A DNA stretch of 64,000 bases from Candidatus Hydrogenedens sp. (lineage in GTDB: Bacteria > Hydrogenedentota > Hydrogenedentia > Hydrogenedentales > Hydrogenedentaceae), in NCBI GenBank assembly GCA_049968235.1, contig JBMFRC010000011.1:1-64000 (forward strand), written 5' to 3'. The stretch's first letter is position 1. Each line of letters begins with the position of its first letter. The translations under genes were made by a program, and so were the position numbers. Positions 27,159-36,609 of the stretch are shown piece by piece. Under the pieces are notes generated by a model. It worked only from the letters and a program-made list of their open reading frames with translations. It searched no databases and was not told the origin of the DNA.

Positions 27159-30100
27159 ATGGAACAAAAGCAAAAATATCGCACAAGTATTGAACGAAAA
27201 TTTTTCATAGCGATATTTTGGGTTGGCATAATTCCCATGACGCTAACCTTGATTGTGGCTTATGTTTTTGCCAGAGAAGGACAGTGGATAACCACAAAAA
27301 GGAATTTGACCACTGCGGTAAAAATTACAACTGAAGGGGTAAGGCTCTCTTTATCTACTCGTTTAAGTTATTCTGCACGGATTGCCACAGAACCTATTTT
27401 TTCTCAATTCTTCCATGCACCTAAGGAAGAACAAGAACTTTTAATAAAGCAAATCTCTGAGAAACTATTCTCTATTCAATCCTATAGCGAAGGAAAATCA
27501 TTCGCATTCGCAATTGTTGATAAAGAAAATAACTTACTCTTTTCAACTCCGTCATTTAAAGCAGGAGATTTGCTTACTTCCAATTGGCAAAAAAAAATAA
27601 AATACCCATATATCGTTGCCATATCCACACCTCCTCAGGCGGAGAGATATTCTTTAACTGTAGCCATTCCTATAAAAGATAAAAATGATGAGATATTGGG
27701 ATTTCTTCTTGAGGTACAGGAAGCCTCTGAACTGATTCGTTTTGCTTTAGGACAGACATTTGTAGATTCTCCCCAAAAAGAGAACATCTATTATATGATT
27801 GTTTACATGAGAAATAGTGATGGTATATCTGTTTATTATGATGATAAAGGAGATGGAACAAAAGCAAATATAAATTATGAAATTACTGATTCACGATTCA
27901 CACAAAGATTAAAGAGAATATCCAATAAATCGGAGGGGTTATTAACACTACTACGATTTTCCAGTCGAGGGAAAGTTGCACCTGTTTTATTAGCATATGA
28001 AAAGATTTATCCGGAATACGATATATATTTCTGTGCCTATAAACATCTTAATGAAATTTTTTGGTTTATTCATATTGGTTCTGTTGTATCATTAATTATT
28101 GCGGGTCTGGTTATACTTTTCTTCTCATTGATAGGTTATCGTATTATTCATAAAAATATATTACAACCTTTAAGTTTGATTAACGAAGGGGCACAAATAA
28201 TCCGACAGGGGGATTTGGAACTTAAATTAAAGATTCAAACTGGGGATGAGTTAGAAGAAGTTGCTATTTCTTTTAATGAAATGGCAAGTGCTTTGCGAAA
28301 AAACATCTATGAATTAGAATCTTCCGAAGAACGGTATCGTAATCTTGTGAATTCCATGAGAGATGGGATATATCAGACAAATAAAGAAGGAGTATTAACA
28401 TTAATTAATCCTTTTGGTGCAAGAATATTAGGTTTTGATGAACCTGATAGTGCTATAGGAACACGAATTGAGAATTTGTTTTTAAACACAAATGATTACA
28501 AAACATTCTGTTCTGAATTAGAAAAAAATAATTATTTGAACCAATTCCGCGTATGGATAAAACCCATTCGAGGTGAATTGATTTGTGTAGAAATATCCGC
28601 AGGCTATTTAAAAGATGAAAAATCGAATATTATAGGTATCGAAGGTATTTTCCGTGATATTACACAAAATGTCTTACTGGAAAAGGAAGTCCATGAACGA
28701 GCGGAAAGATTACGAGCAGTAAATATTATTGCGAGGACGATAAATTCCAGTCTGGAAGCGGGTAAAGTTTATGAAAGTATTGTCAATGAAATAAAAAGGT
28801 TAGTTTATAACATTGATTATGCAGTGGTTGCTTTCCCTCCGGAAAAACAGGGGCATCCGCAATGCTATGAAGAGGATTCTTGTTTTGAAATCTTAACGCT
28901 TCTACCCAATTCCAATACCAAACCTATAATAGGACATTTCTGTTGTGGGGAAAAAGTAATAAAAGAGAAAAAGACCCTTGTCTTTGATTATTTACAATCT
29001 GAAGAAGAAACCATAGCTAAAGAATTTCCATCGGACATTGTAAGTCTTATTGTAACGCCATTATTCGCAGAAGATACTGTGATTGGAGTTTTAGTGTTGG
29101 GTTCCAAAATTCCCAAAGCATTTCTACCCCATGACATTGAAATTGTAGAAGAGGTATCCACACACATTGCAGTTGCCATTCGCAATGCCCGGTTACTAGA
29201 GAAACTTCAGAATACACTTGATGAAATCAATAAAGCTAGAGAACAATTAAATAAAGCAAATGAAGAATTAAAAACTCTCGATGAAATGAAGACGAATCTT
29301 CTTTCCAATGTTTCTCATGAATTGCGAACACCTCTGGTATCAGTAATGGGATATACCGATATGATTTTGAAAGGGAAAACAGGACCTATCACAGATACAC
29401 AAAGGGAATATCTCTCCATCAGTCTCAGAAATGTTGAAAAGTTAGTAAACTTAATAGAAAACCTTCTGGATTTTTCTAAACTTCATAAAGGGAAAGAAGA
29501 ACTTGTATTTAGCACTTTTGATATTGTTGAATGTGCAGAAAGCGGGCTACAGAACATTCGCCCTATGGCAGAACCCCGAAAAATACAATTAATTTTAAAT
29601 GCAGAACAAAGACCGATACTGGTAGATGGTGATAAAGGAAAAATAATTCAAGTTTTTAATAATTTATTGTCCAATGCTGTAAAATTTAATAAAAATGAAG
29701 GGTCTGTAGAAGTCAGGATAAAAATAATAGACGAAGAAGTAGAAGTTTCAGTTGTAGATACAGGGATTGGAATTCCTCCCGAATCTATAGATAAAATTTT
29801 TACCCGATTTTATCAGGTAGATTCCTCATCTACGCGGAAATATGGAGGAACGGGAATAGGACTTTCTATTTCTCAGGATATTATGCGTCTTCACGGGAGT
29901 CGAATTATATTATCAAGTAGTCCGGGGCAGGGAAGCACATTTTCATTTCGACTTCCTCTTCATGGGACACACCCTGAAGATAGTCATATTTATGCTCGTC
30001 ACATTACACCCGATGAAACTCACTTACTGGTAGAATTAGTTACTCAAGATAGGTCAATGAGTGCCCAGATTCGCAATTGGTTATTAGAGGAAAATATAGA

Positions 30101-30770
30101 TATCCTTCACGCAGGGCATCCATCAACAGCCATATCGTTGGCATTAAAGTATAATCCTGATTGTATCATTATTGATTGTGATGAAGGACCTATGGCAGAG
30201 GTTATGGTAAGTGAAATTTTAGAAAGTCCTGGGATTGTTGAAATACCCATTATCCTCATAACAGAACAAGAACAATTATATACTACTTATTCGGACAAAA
30301 TTATCCATCGTTTACCTAAACAATTAAGAAAAAGTATTCTTTTAAGTGCCATTCGATATGCTATACGGACTTTACCTATAGAAGCATCTGAATTAGGGAA
30401 TTCAATACTATGTGTTGATGATGATTTAGAAGTTCTTCAATTCATAAGAAATTGCCTTGAAAATGAAGGTTATAATGTTGAGGTAGTCACATCAGGAGAG
30501 GAATGTATTGAGAAAGCACAAACAGGTCAATTCCGCCTTATTTTATTAGATATTGCTATGCCCGGACTGGACGGTCTTGAAGTATGCCGGACAATAAGAA
30601 CAAATCCAAAATTAAAAGGGATATATATCCATATTGTTACAGCCAAACCTATAACCGATATAATAAAGAGAACTTATGAGGTTGAAGCGGATGGTATTTT
30701 ACAAAAACCATTTAAACAAGAGGATTTATTAACTATTGTAAAAAATTACATTCCTCCGGAAAAAAAATAA
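27159..30770 (+). CDS. Hybrid sensor histidine kinase (1203 aa). It has a TM sensor domain, HAMP, PAS, GAF, HisKA, HATPase, then two receiver-like domains.
   Basis: N-terminal TM (FFIAIFWVGIIPMTLTLIVAYVF) and a second TM (FWFIHIGSVVSLIIAGLVILFF). PAS-like SEERYRNLVNSMRDGIYQTNKEG. H-box LSNVSHELRTPL. G-boxes VVDTGIGIP and GGTGIGLSISQ. C-terminal REC reads ILCVDDDLEVLQF...LILLDIAMPGLDG...LQKPF. Confidence 0.9.
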   Translation: MEQKQKYRTSIERKFFIAIFWVGIIPMTLTLIVAYVFAREGQWITTKRNLTTAVKITTEGVRLSLSTRLSYSARIATEPIFSQFFHAPKEEQELLIKQISEKLFSIQSYSEGKSFAFAIVDKENNLLFSTPSFKAGDLLTSNWQKKIKYPYIVAISTPPQAERYSLTVAIPIKDKNDEILGFLLEVQEASELIRFALGQTFVDSPQKENIYYMIVYMRNSDGISVYYDDKGDGTKANINYEITDSRFTQRLKRISNKSEGLLTLLRFSSRGKVAPVLLAYEKIYPEYDIYFCAYKHLNEIFWFIHIGSVVSLIIAGLVILFFSLIGYRIIHKNILQPLSLINEGAQIIRQGDLELKLKIQTGDELEEVAISFNEMASALRKNIYELESSEERYRNLVNSMRDGIYQTNKEGVLTLINPFGARILGFDEPDSAIGTRIENLFLNTNDYKTFCSELEKNNYLNQFRVWIKPIRGELICVEISAGYLKDEKSNIIGIEGIFRDITQNVLLEKEVHERAERLRAVNIIARTINSSLEAGKVYESIVNEIKRLVYNIDYAVVAFPPEKQGHPQCYEEDSCFEILTLLPNSNTKPIIGHFCCGEKVIKEKKTLVFDYLQSEEETIAKEFPSDIVSLIVTPLFAEDTVIGVLVLGSKIPKAFLPHDIEIVEEVSTHIAVAIRNARLLEKLQNTLDEINKAREQLNKANEELKTLDEMKTNLLSNVSHELRTPLVSVMGYTDMILKGKTGPITDTQREYLSISLRNVEKLVNLIENLLDFSKLHKGKEELVFSTFDIVECAESGLQNIRPMAEPRKIQLILNAEQRPILVDGDKGKIIQVFNNLLSNAVKFNKNEGSVEVRIKIIDEEVEVSVVDTGIGIPPESIDKIFTRFYQVDSSSTRKYGGTGIGLSISQDIMRLHGSRIILSSSPGQGSTFSFRLPLHGTHPEDSHIYARHITPDETHLLVELVTQDRSMSAQIRNWLLEENIDILHAGHPSTAISLALKYNPDCIIIDCDEGPMAEVMVSEILESPGIVEIPIILITEQEQLYTTYSDKIIHRLPKQLRKSILLSAIRYAIRTLPIEASELGNSILCVDDDLEVLQFIRNCLENEGYNVEVVTSGEECIEKAQTGQFRLILLDIAMPGLDGLEVCRTIRTNPKLKGIYIHIVTAKPITDIIKRTYEVEADGILQKPFKQEDLLTIVKNYIPPEKK

Positions 30771-30775
30771 TAGTA

Positions 30776-31843
30776 CTACTCCATGTAAGAATCGAAAAAG
30801 CGATATGAGGGTTCAATTTCCCTATCACGAGTTCGTTCTGTATCCAATATGGGGTTAAATAAAACTTGTATAGGTCCTTCCAGTTTCCCTTCTAACCATC
30901 TTGCTAATAGTTCTAAACCTTCTGATGCCGATTCACGAACAGGTAACCAAACATGGGCTGAAGCCTCATGAAGAACGTAGCCTTTACTTTCATAGGTCCA
31001 TGTTAGAACTTCACAGTCTTTTTCGATGGTTCTTCCTGCTCTTTTAAATCCCTCCCGAATGGCTTCACCATTTTCTGTTCCGCTACTATCAATTAATGCA
31101 GTAATGTTAGAGTCCGATAGAAGTTGATGGATTCGTAGTGCAACATTTCTTGCACCAAAGTTTACATGTTTTATATTTCTTTCAGAGAAAGGCAGGTTTG
31201 CCTCTTCCAGTGCTTTCTTGTAACCTCGAATTCTTTCTACACCGGGTTGATATTCATGAAAAGCCTGCAATAAAGCGATATGTTTATGCCCTTTATCTAT
31301 TAAGAATTTTGTACTTATATAAGATGCTTTTTCATAGTCAACTGTGGCATAGGATAAATCTGGAAACGATTCCAATCTACCAAAGGCTATATAAGGAATG
31401 CCTGAGGTATGAATTCTTTTTGCAATCACATCAGACAATGAAAAAGGACCTGCAATAATACATGACTTAAAAAGATTATCGAAAACACCTCGGGCATAAT
31501 TTTCTATTTTTCCCAGTTCATAAGGGGACATATCAAAGCAAATATACTCCCCCTTTTTCCCAAATATTCGATATAACTCCATAAAAAGCCATAGAAAAAA
31601 GTTGGGGCTAAAAGGGACAATCTCTATGGGTGCAGGAAAAGTAACTCCAACACATGCAGGTTGATTGGCTCTCAATGAACGAGCAAAAATATTGGGATAG
31701 TAACCTAATTTTTCAACTATTTCAAGGACTTTTTTCCGAGTTTCTTCTTTGACGCCGTCTTTAAAATTAATAACCTTACTTACTGTTTTTGCAGATACAC
31801 CCGCCATTTTTGCGATGTCATAAATGGTTATCTTCTCGAACAT
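30776..31843 (-). CDS. LacI-family transcriptional regulator.
   Basis: N-terminal HTH reads ITIYDIAKMAGVSAKTVSKVINFKDGVKEETRKKVLEIVEKLGYYPNIFARSLR, followed by a periplasmic-binding-protein-like effector domain. A GGGAG Shine-Dalgarno sequence lies upstream. Confidence 0.9.
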   Translation of the reverse strand: MFEKITIYDIAKMAGVSAKTVSKVINFKDGVKEETRKKVLEIVEKLGYYPNIFARSLRANQPACVGVTFPAPIEIVPFSPNFFLWLFMELYRIFGKKGEYICFDMSPYELGKIENYARGVFDNLFKSCIIAGPFSLSDVIAKRIHTSGIPYIAFGRLESFPDLSYATVDYEKASYISTKFLIDKGHKHIALLQAFHEYQPGVERIRGYKKALEEANLPFSERNIKHVNFGARNVALRIHQLLSDSNITALIDSSGTENGEAIREGFKRAGRTIEKDCEVLTWTYESKGYVLHEASAHVWLPVRESASEGLELLARWLEGKLEGPIQVLFNPILDTERTRDREIEPSYRFFDSYME

Positions 31844-31952
31844 AGGAAACTCCCTTTTAGTAATCGTTTACTATAATTATAGCAAAAAATTTTTTTGTTT
31901 TCATTTATTTTTTGATTAATTTTATATTAATAGAGAAAAAATAAAAATTAAT

Positions 31953-31981
31953 TTGATATTTGTAAACATATAATATATAAT
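31953..31981 (+). promoter_or_regulatory. Near-consensus sigma70 promoter (TTGATA-N17-TATAAT) upstream of DUF1559 gene copy 2. It is divergent from the LacI-family gene.
   Basis: TTGATA at 31953-31958, a 17-nt spacer containing TGTAAAC, and TATAAT at 31976-31981. Confidence 0.5.
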
Positions 31982-31992
31982 ATAGGTATAAA

Positions 31993-32023
31993 GTAAACGA
32001 TTACTTCAATGGGCGAAGTAATC
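31993..32023 (+). promoter_or_regulatory. LacI-type operator-like near-palindrome GTAAACGATTAC (31993-32004). It overlaps a perfect 9-bp stem hairpin (GATTACTTC-AATGGGC-GAAGTAATC, 31999-32023) in the 5' UTR.
   Basis: The half-sites GTAAAC/GTAATC flank a central CG, typical of LacI/GalR operators. The motif is essentially identical, as a reverse complement, to the one downstream of the copy-1 promoter (7827-7839). The hairpin arms are read directly from the sequence. Confidence 0.35.
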
Positions 32024-32061
32024 AAAAAAGGTTTATTAACAAAAATATAAGGAGTAATCCT

Positions 32062-33045
32062 ATGAAGAAAAAAGGTTTCACACTCATCGAACTGCTGGTC
32101 GTTATTGCAATCATTGGCATCCTCGCTGCAATATTGTTACCAGCACTGGCACGGGCACGCGAAGCGGCAAGACGCTCCAGCTGCCAGAACAATTTAAAAC
32201 AATGGGGTCTCGTTTTCAAAATGTATTCTAACGAGGCGAAGGGAGAACGGTTTCCTCCCATTCAGGCAGGTGGTTATAAGAATGTAAATGGGCAACTTAA
32301 ACCTGTTTTAGATGCAGGACCCAATGTATTTGTTCTGTATCCGGAATATCTGACGGACCCCATGATTATCTTTTGTCCATCGGATGCAGAATTAGGTCAA
32401 TCTATTGCCAAAGCACATCTCAATGGGGATGTTAATCAAGATTGGTGTATTGGTTATGCGGATAGCAATGGTGGAAATTGTGCGCGTGCCATTGACGCGA
32501 GTTATGGCTATTTAGGTTGGGTTTTAGATAAAGGGAATTGTCCCCCGCAAGACCCCGTATCTACGCTTAGCAGTTTTACCTATTTAGGCACGATTGCGTC
32601 ATTCCTTGGTGTAACAATTGACATGAACACCGAAGTTTCTACACAAGTTGGTTCAGCACTGGATTATTTGGTTCAACAAATATTGCCATTATTGAGTGGA
32701 AGTAGTATTCCCAATGGAATTCTTCCCATAGCTGACAATGATATACCTGTTCCTAATGGTGTAGGAAACGGTGGTGGTTCTACTGTATATCGTCTTCGTG
32801 AAGGTATTGAACGTTTCTTGATCACAGACATTAACAATCCAGCAGCATCAGCACAAGCCCAAAGTTCCGTATGGATTATGTTTGACCAGTTATCAACCAA
32901 TCCTGCGGCATACAACCATATTCCCGGAGGTTCAAATGTGTTATACATGGATGGTCATGTGCAGTTCCAGAGATATGGTGAATGTGAACCTGCTCCTGTG
33001 AATAAGCCTATGGCAGTCCTTGTGGGTATTTTGACCTCCAATTAG
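32062..33045 (+). CDS. Prepilin-type N-terminal cleavage/methylation domain protein of the DUF1559 (H-X9-DG) family, copy 2. It is a paralog of 7889..8815.
   Basis: The first ~60 aa ([54 protein letters not shown]) are identical to copy 1, although the nucleotides diverge synonymously. The C-terminus ([34 protein letters not shown]...[11 protein letters not shown]) is conserved and the middle segment is divergent. Confidence 0.9.
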   Translation: MKKKGFTLIELLVVIAIIGILAAILLPALARAREAARRSSCQNNLKQWGLVFKMYSNEAKGERFPPIQAGGYKNVNGQLKPVLDAGPNVFVLYPEYLTDPMIIFCPSDAELGQSIAKAHLNGDVNQDWCIGYADSNGGNCARAIDASYGYLGWVLDKGNCPPQDPVSTLSSFTYLGTIASFLGVTIDMNTEVSTQVGSALDYLVQQILPLLSGSSIPNGILPIADNDIPVPNGVGNGGGSTVYRLREGIERFLITDINNPAASAQAQSSVWIMFDQLSTNPAAYNHIPGGSNVLYMDGHVQFQRYGECEPAPVNKPMAVLVGILTSN

Positions 33046-33074
33046 ATTTAGTATTTCTATAAATCCCACAAAAA

Positions 33075-33112
33075 AGCGTCGGTATCTAATGGATATCGAC
33101 GCTAATTTTTTT
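33075..33112. terminator. Bidirectional intrinsic terminator between convergent genes (DUF1559 copy 2 and an oxidoreductase).
   Basis: Stem AGCGTCG...CGACGCT (7 bp perfect, extendable to about 11 with one mismatch). It is preceded by AAAAAA and followed by TTTTTTT. Confidence 0.7.
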
Positions 33113-33125
33113 AGTTGATGGACTA

Positions 33126-34367
33126 TTAATTTTCAGGGTATATATCAGGATAACTTGAATTATAATTAATAGAATAGACTCGCCCTTTTTCAGATATGGA
33201 CAACCTTCCTGCTTCATTTATTAACTCATTATAAAATGAATTTTTAGGTGTGGCAATAATACCGAGATTATCTATTCTTTCCATTTCTTCTAACTGTTTC
33301 TGCTCATCATCACTACTATCAATTTTCTTCACACAATGCACTAATTCCTCTATTGAAGTATAGCCATATCCAACAGGTTTTAATCCGGGACCGTTCCACG
33401 GCACTAATCGGAAGTAATCCGTATTGATAGTAAAAAACTTTTTCTTAGGTTCTATCAGTTCTTCTCTAATACTGTAACTTACACCACGGAATTGGTCATC
33501 GTGTTTCAAGGTTGTTGTGCAATTTTCATTTTCAAAGTATAATTCCAATCCTTGCTGGTTACTACCGCCTCCCATGTCGGGATAACCCAGACCATTGATA
33601 ACAGATAGGATACCGCCATTTTCATAAATTACTCTACCATGTGACCACAAATAACCTATATTACCATTAGGGAATGGCTTTCTAATACCAACCACAGAAA
33701 CAGATACCGGTTTTAGCCCTGTAATAAAAGCAACAAGGTCAACATAATGACAGCCAACATAAGTAAAAGGGTCGGAAATATCACAGGTAAACCAATTTTG
33801 AAAATTACTGTGGCGATAGTAGTAAGGCTCAATCATCTTTGCCTCACCAATGACAAATTTGCCAAATAATCCATTTTGATAATTCTTTCGTGCCAAAAGG
33901 GAACGAATATCAAACCGTTTATGGTATTCGACCCCCACAAAAAGTCTTTTTTCCTTTGATATTTTTTTAATCTCCACAAGTTGCTTATATGTCTGAACAA
34001 GGGGCTTAACGCAAATTACATGCTGTTCATGAGCAAGTGCTTCCATAATAGCGGGATAATGCAAGTGGTCTGGCAAGGCAACAAAAACACATTGACGGGG
34101 TGGTAGATTTTTTATTGCCTCTTTGTATAAATCCGGGTAATATTCATTTTCGGGTGTATTCAGAGGAGGGAAAGGTATAAATGTTTGTTCGGGGAAAGCC
34201 TCCTTAATAAATGGGCTTTCCTGTAAAAATTTTAAGGGTGTGGTATGTCGGGCACAAATAGATATTTTTCCTATTTCCCCTAGTCTTTGTAATTGATATA
34301 GACTTGGGAGAATCTGGTCATGGACAATCATTCCTCCACCTAATATAAGAATATCTTTTCCCGACAT
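33126..34367 (-). CDS. Gfo/Idh/MocA-like NAD(P)-dependent oxidoreductase with an extended C-terminal domain.
   Basis: N-terminal Rossmann region ILILGGGMIVHDQILPSL. The family motif around VALPDHLHYPAIMEALAHEQHVICVKPL resembles the EKPL consensus. Confidence 0.55.
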   Translation of the reverse strand: MSGKDILILGGGMIVHDQILPSLYQLQRLGEIGKISICARHTTPLKFLQESPFIKEAFPEQTFIPFPPLNTPENEYYPDLYKEAIKNLPPRQCVFVALPDHLHYPAIMEALAHEQHVICVKPLVQTYKQLVEIKKISKEKRLFVGVEYHKRFDIRSLLARKNYQNGLFGKFVIGEAKMIEPYYYRHSNFQNWFTCDISDPFTYVGCHYVDLVAFITGLKPVSVSVVGIRKPFPNGNIGYLWSHGRVIYENGGILSVINGLGYPDMGGGSNQQGLELYFENENCTTTLKHDDQFRGVSYSIREELIEPKKKFFTINTDYFRLVPWNGPGLKPVGYGYTSIEELVHCVKKIDSSDDEQKQLEEMERIDNLGIIATPKNSFYNELINEAGRLSISEKGRVYSINYNSSYPDIYPEN

Positions 34368-34380
34368 AACATAAATCCTA

Positions 34381-35376
34381 TTATTTATAGTTCTGATAGT
34401 AAGTTATTGTTATTTCTTTTTGAAGTATTTCCAATTCCTGTTTCAAAATATCCCTTACTTTCTGGTGAATAAGTTGCTGGTAAATTCCTTGTTTCATCTT
34501 ATCAAAAGGAATTGTCCCCGGTATGTTTCTGGAAATAACTTTTAAGATATTCCATCCATTACGGGTCCGAAATGGAGGAGATACGGCTCCCACAGGAAGT
34601 GTTATAAGGTAATGTTTTACTTCGGGTAAAACCTGTTTAAGGGACATCTCATAGTAGCAATATCCCTGTCTTCTCGAGAAAGGGTCTTCGGAAAGTTGTT
34701 GAGCGAGAAGGAAAAAATCTTCACCATTCTGAATACGCTGGTATATTTCATTTATCTTTTTCTCTTTCTCGGGGTCTCCCGTAAAATCTATAATAAGGAT
34801 ATTTGAAAAATCATAAGTTTCTGTAATTCTTTTTGCCCATCCAGATTTAACATATCGCTGGTATGTGTCCTGTATTTCTTTATCAGAAACGGATACTGTT
34901 TTTTCTATTTTTTGAATATATTTTTCAACGATATGTTTCTTTTTAATCTGGTCTTTAATATATTCGTCTGTGAGATTGGATGTTTTTAGCCATCTTTGAT
35001 ATTCTATATCTCCCCCCAATAGAGAAATCCCTTCTTTGTAAATACTGTCAAATTCTTCATCCGTACAGGTAATATTGTTACGGATAGCTAATAGAAAAAT
35101 CATGGTTTGTTCAACAATTTCATCCAATACTTTTCTCTGGAAGTTCTGAACATTTTGAGGAGAAAACAGAAGATTTCTTTTTCTCAATTCAATTTGACGA
35201 TATTGTAAATATGCTTCATAATCGGCTTTTGTAATCCTTTCTGAACCTACCTGGACCATTACTTCATCTTTTAATAAAGATAAATCCTCAGTTTCTTTTA
35301 AAGCAAAGACAGTGTTAGAAGTTATAATGATGGAGATAAGATTTGAGAATATAAAAAACCCTATTCTATTTATCAC
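34381..35376 (-). CDS. Secreted or membrane-anchored SurA/PrsA-like chaperone with a C-terminal parvulin-type PPIase-like domain (tentative).
   Basis: N-terminal hydrophobic segment (FFIFSNLISIIITSNTVFA). The C-terminal LPVGAVSPPFRTRNGWNILKVISR resembles the parvulin G..S.P..T..G.HI..V motif. Assignment is weak. Confidence 0.4.
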   Translation of the reverse strand: MINRIGFFIFSNLISIIITSNTVFALKETEDLSLLKDEVMVQVGSERITKADYEAYLQYRQIELRKRNLLFSPQNVQNFQRKVLDEIVEQTMIFLLAIRNNITCTDEEFDSIYKEGISLLGGDIEYQRWLKTSNLTDEYIKDQIKKKHIVEKYIQKIEKTVSVSDKEIQDTYQRYVKSGWAKRITETYDFSNILIIDFTGDPEKEKKINEIYQRIQNGEDFFLLAQQLSEDPFSRRQGYCYYEMSLKQVLPEVKHYLITLPVGAVSPPFRTRNGWNILKVISRNIPGTIPFDKMKQGIYQQLIHQKVRDILKQELEILQKEITITYYQNYK

Positions 35377-35409
35377 ATTGTAATACCTGTTTTATGTTAT
35401 TCAATTAAT

Positions 35410-36456
35410 TTATAAAGTAATAGGCTTTCTAAGACGGGCAGATTTATAAATTTTTTCAATAAGTGCAACTGCATTTCTTCCTTCCCTACCGTCTACAGCA
35501 GGTTTACGACCTTTTATAATCGCATGGGCAAAATCTTCAATCTGACGCCGATGTCCTTCAATTTTTAAGGCAGATAATGGGTCACCGGCACCTGAACCCA
35601 ACTCTGATTCTTTAGCCATAGATTGTTCCACTTTTGTATCAATAGGCTTTTTCTTACTAAATCTCCAGAAAACTAATTTTCCATCTTCAAGCACGGCACT
35701 ACCTTCAAAACCATGGATTTCTACACGAGCAGGATGACCGGGCCAGATAGCGGTACTTCCTTCAATTACACCGTATGCACCGTTTTGAAATTCAAGAGTT
35801 GCGGTAGCCAGGTCTTCTACTTCCAAGCCTTCATGAGCAATACATTGCGTTTGGGCATATAGTCTCTTTACCGGACCCATAAACCAGAGGAGTAAATCGA
35901 TTTGATGAATTCCCTGATTCATTAAGGCACCTCCCCCATCCAATTTCCAAGTCCCTCTCCATGAGGCACTAGCATAATATTCTTTAGAACGGAACCATTT
36001 AATATAGGCATCACCTAAAACTAATTTGCCAAAGCGATTTTGTTCTATAGCTTGCTTGACTAACCGAGAACCTTCTGCAAAACGACTCTGGAAAATACAA
36101 CCTAAAAGGACACCGTATTTATCTGCGGCTTTTATAATACGGTCAATCCGTTGTGTAGTAACTTCCAAAGGCTTTTCCGAAAGGATATGTTTTCCAGCCA
36201 TAGCACAGTTTTCAGCAATTTCAGCACGCAGACCGCTTGGCACACAAATACAAATTGCCTGTATATCTTTTCGTTCTAACATTTTTTTATAATCGGTATA
36301 GGGTTCTGCATTATATTGGCTTGCCAGTTTTACCGCATTCTTTTCAACAACATCTGAAACAGCAATTAATTTTGCATTAGGAATTGCATTTATTGCAGAT
36401 GCATGAACAGGACCGATATTCCCACAGCCAATAATTCCAAATCCTACTTTCTTCAT
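35410..36456 (-). CDS. Gfo/Idh/MocA family oxidoreductase.
   Basis: MKKVGFGIIGCGNIGPVHA...LIAVSDV...ICVPSGLRAEIAENCAMAGKHILSEKPLEV shows the classic Rossmann and EKP motifs. A strong GGAGGAG Shine-Dalgarno sequence lies 7 nt before this ATG. The tracked ORF's 36-aa upstream extension is not supported. Confidence 0.85.
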   Translation of the reverse strand: MKKVGFGIIGCGNIGPVHASAINAIPNAKLIAVSDVVEKNAVKLASQYNAEPYTDYKKMLERKDIQAICICVPSGLRAEIAENCAMAGKHILSEKPLEVTTQRIDRIIKAADKYGVLLGCIFQSRFAEGSRLVKQAIEQNRFGKLVLGDAYIKWFRSKEYYASASWRGTWKLDGGGALMNQGIHQIDLLLWFMGPVKRLYAQTQCIAHEGLEVEDLATATLEFQNGAYGVIEGSTAIWPGHPARVEIHGFEGSAVLEDGKLVFWRFSKKKPIDTKVEQSMAKESELGSGAGDPLSALKIEGHRRQIEDFAHAIIKGRKPAVDGREGRNAVALIEKIYKSARLRKPITL

Positions 36457-36609
36457 TTCATACTCCTCCAATAATTTGTTTATACATGTTAAAACTTTTA
36501 CTTTTTGAGATAATATAAGCGGACTACATCGTAAATTATAACTATGATATAATAGCAAATCCAACCTTATGTATTACGATGTGTTATCTATTTTTGTAAG
36601 GATATTTTT

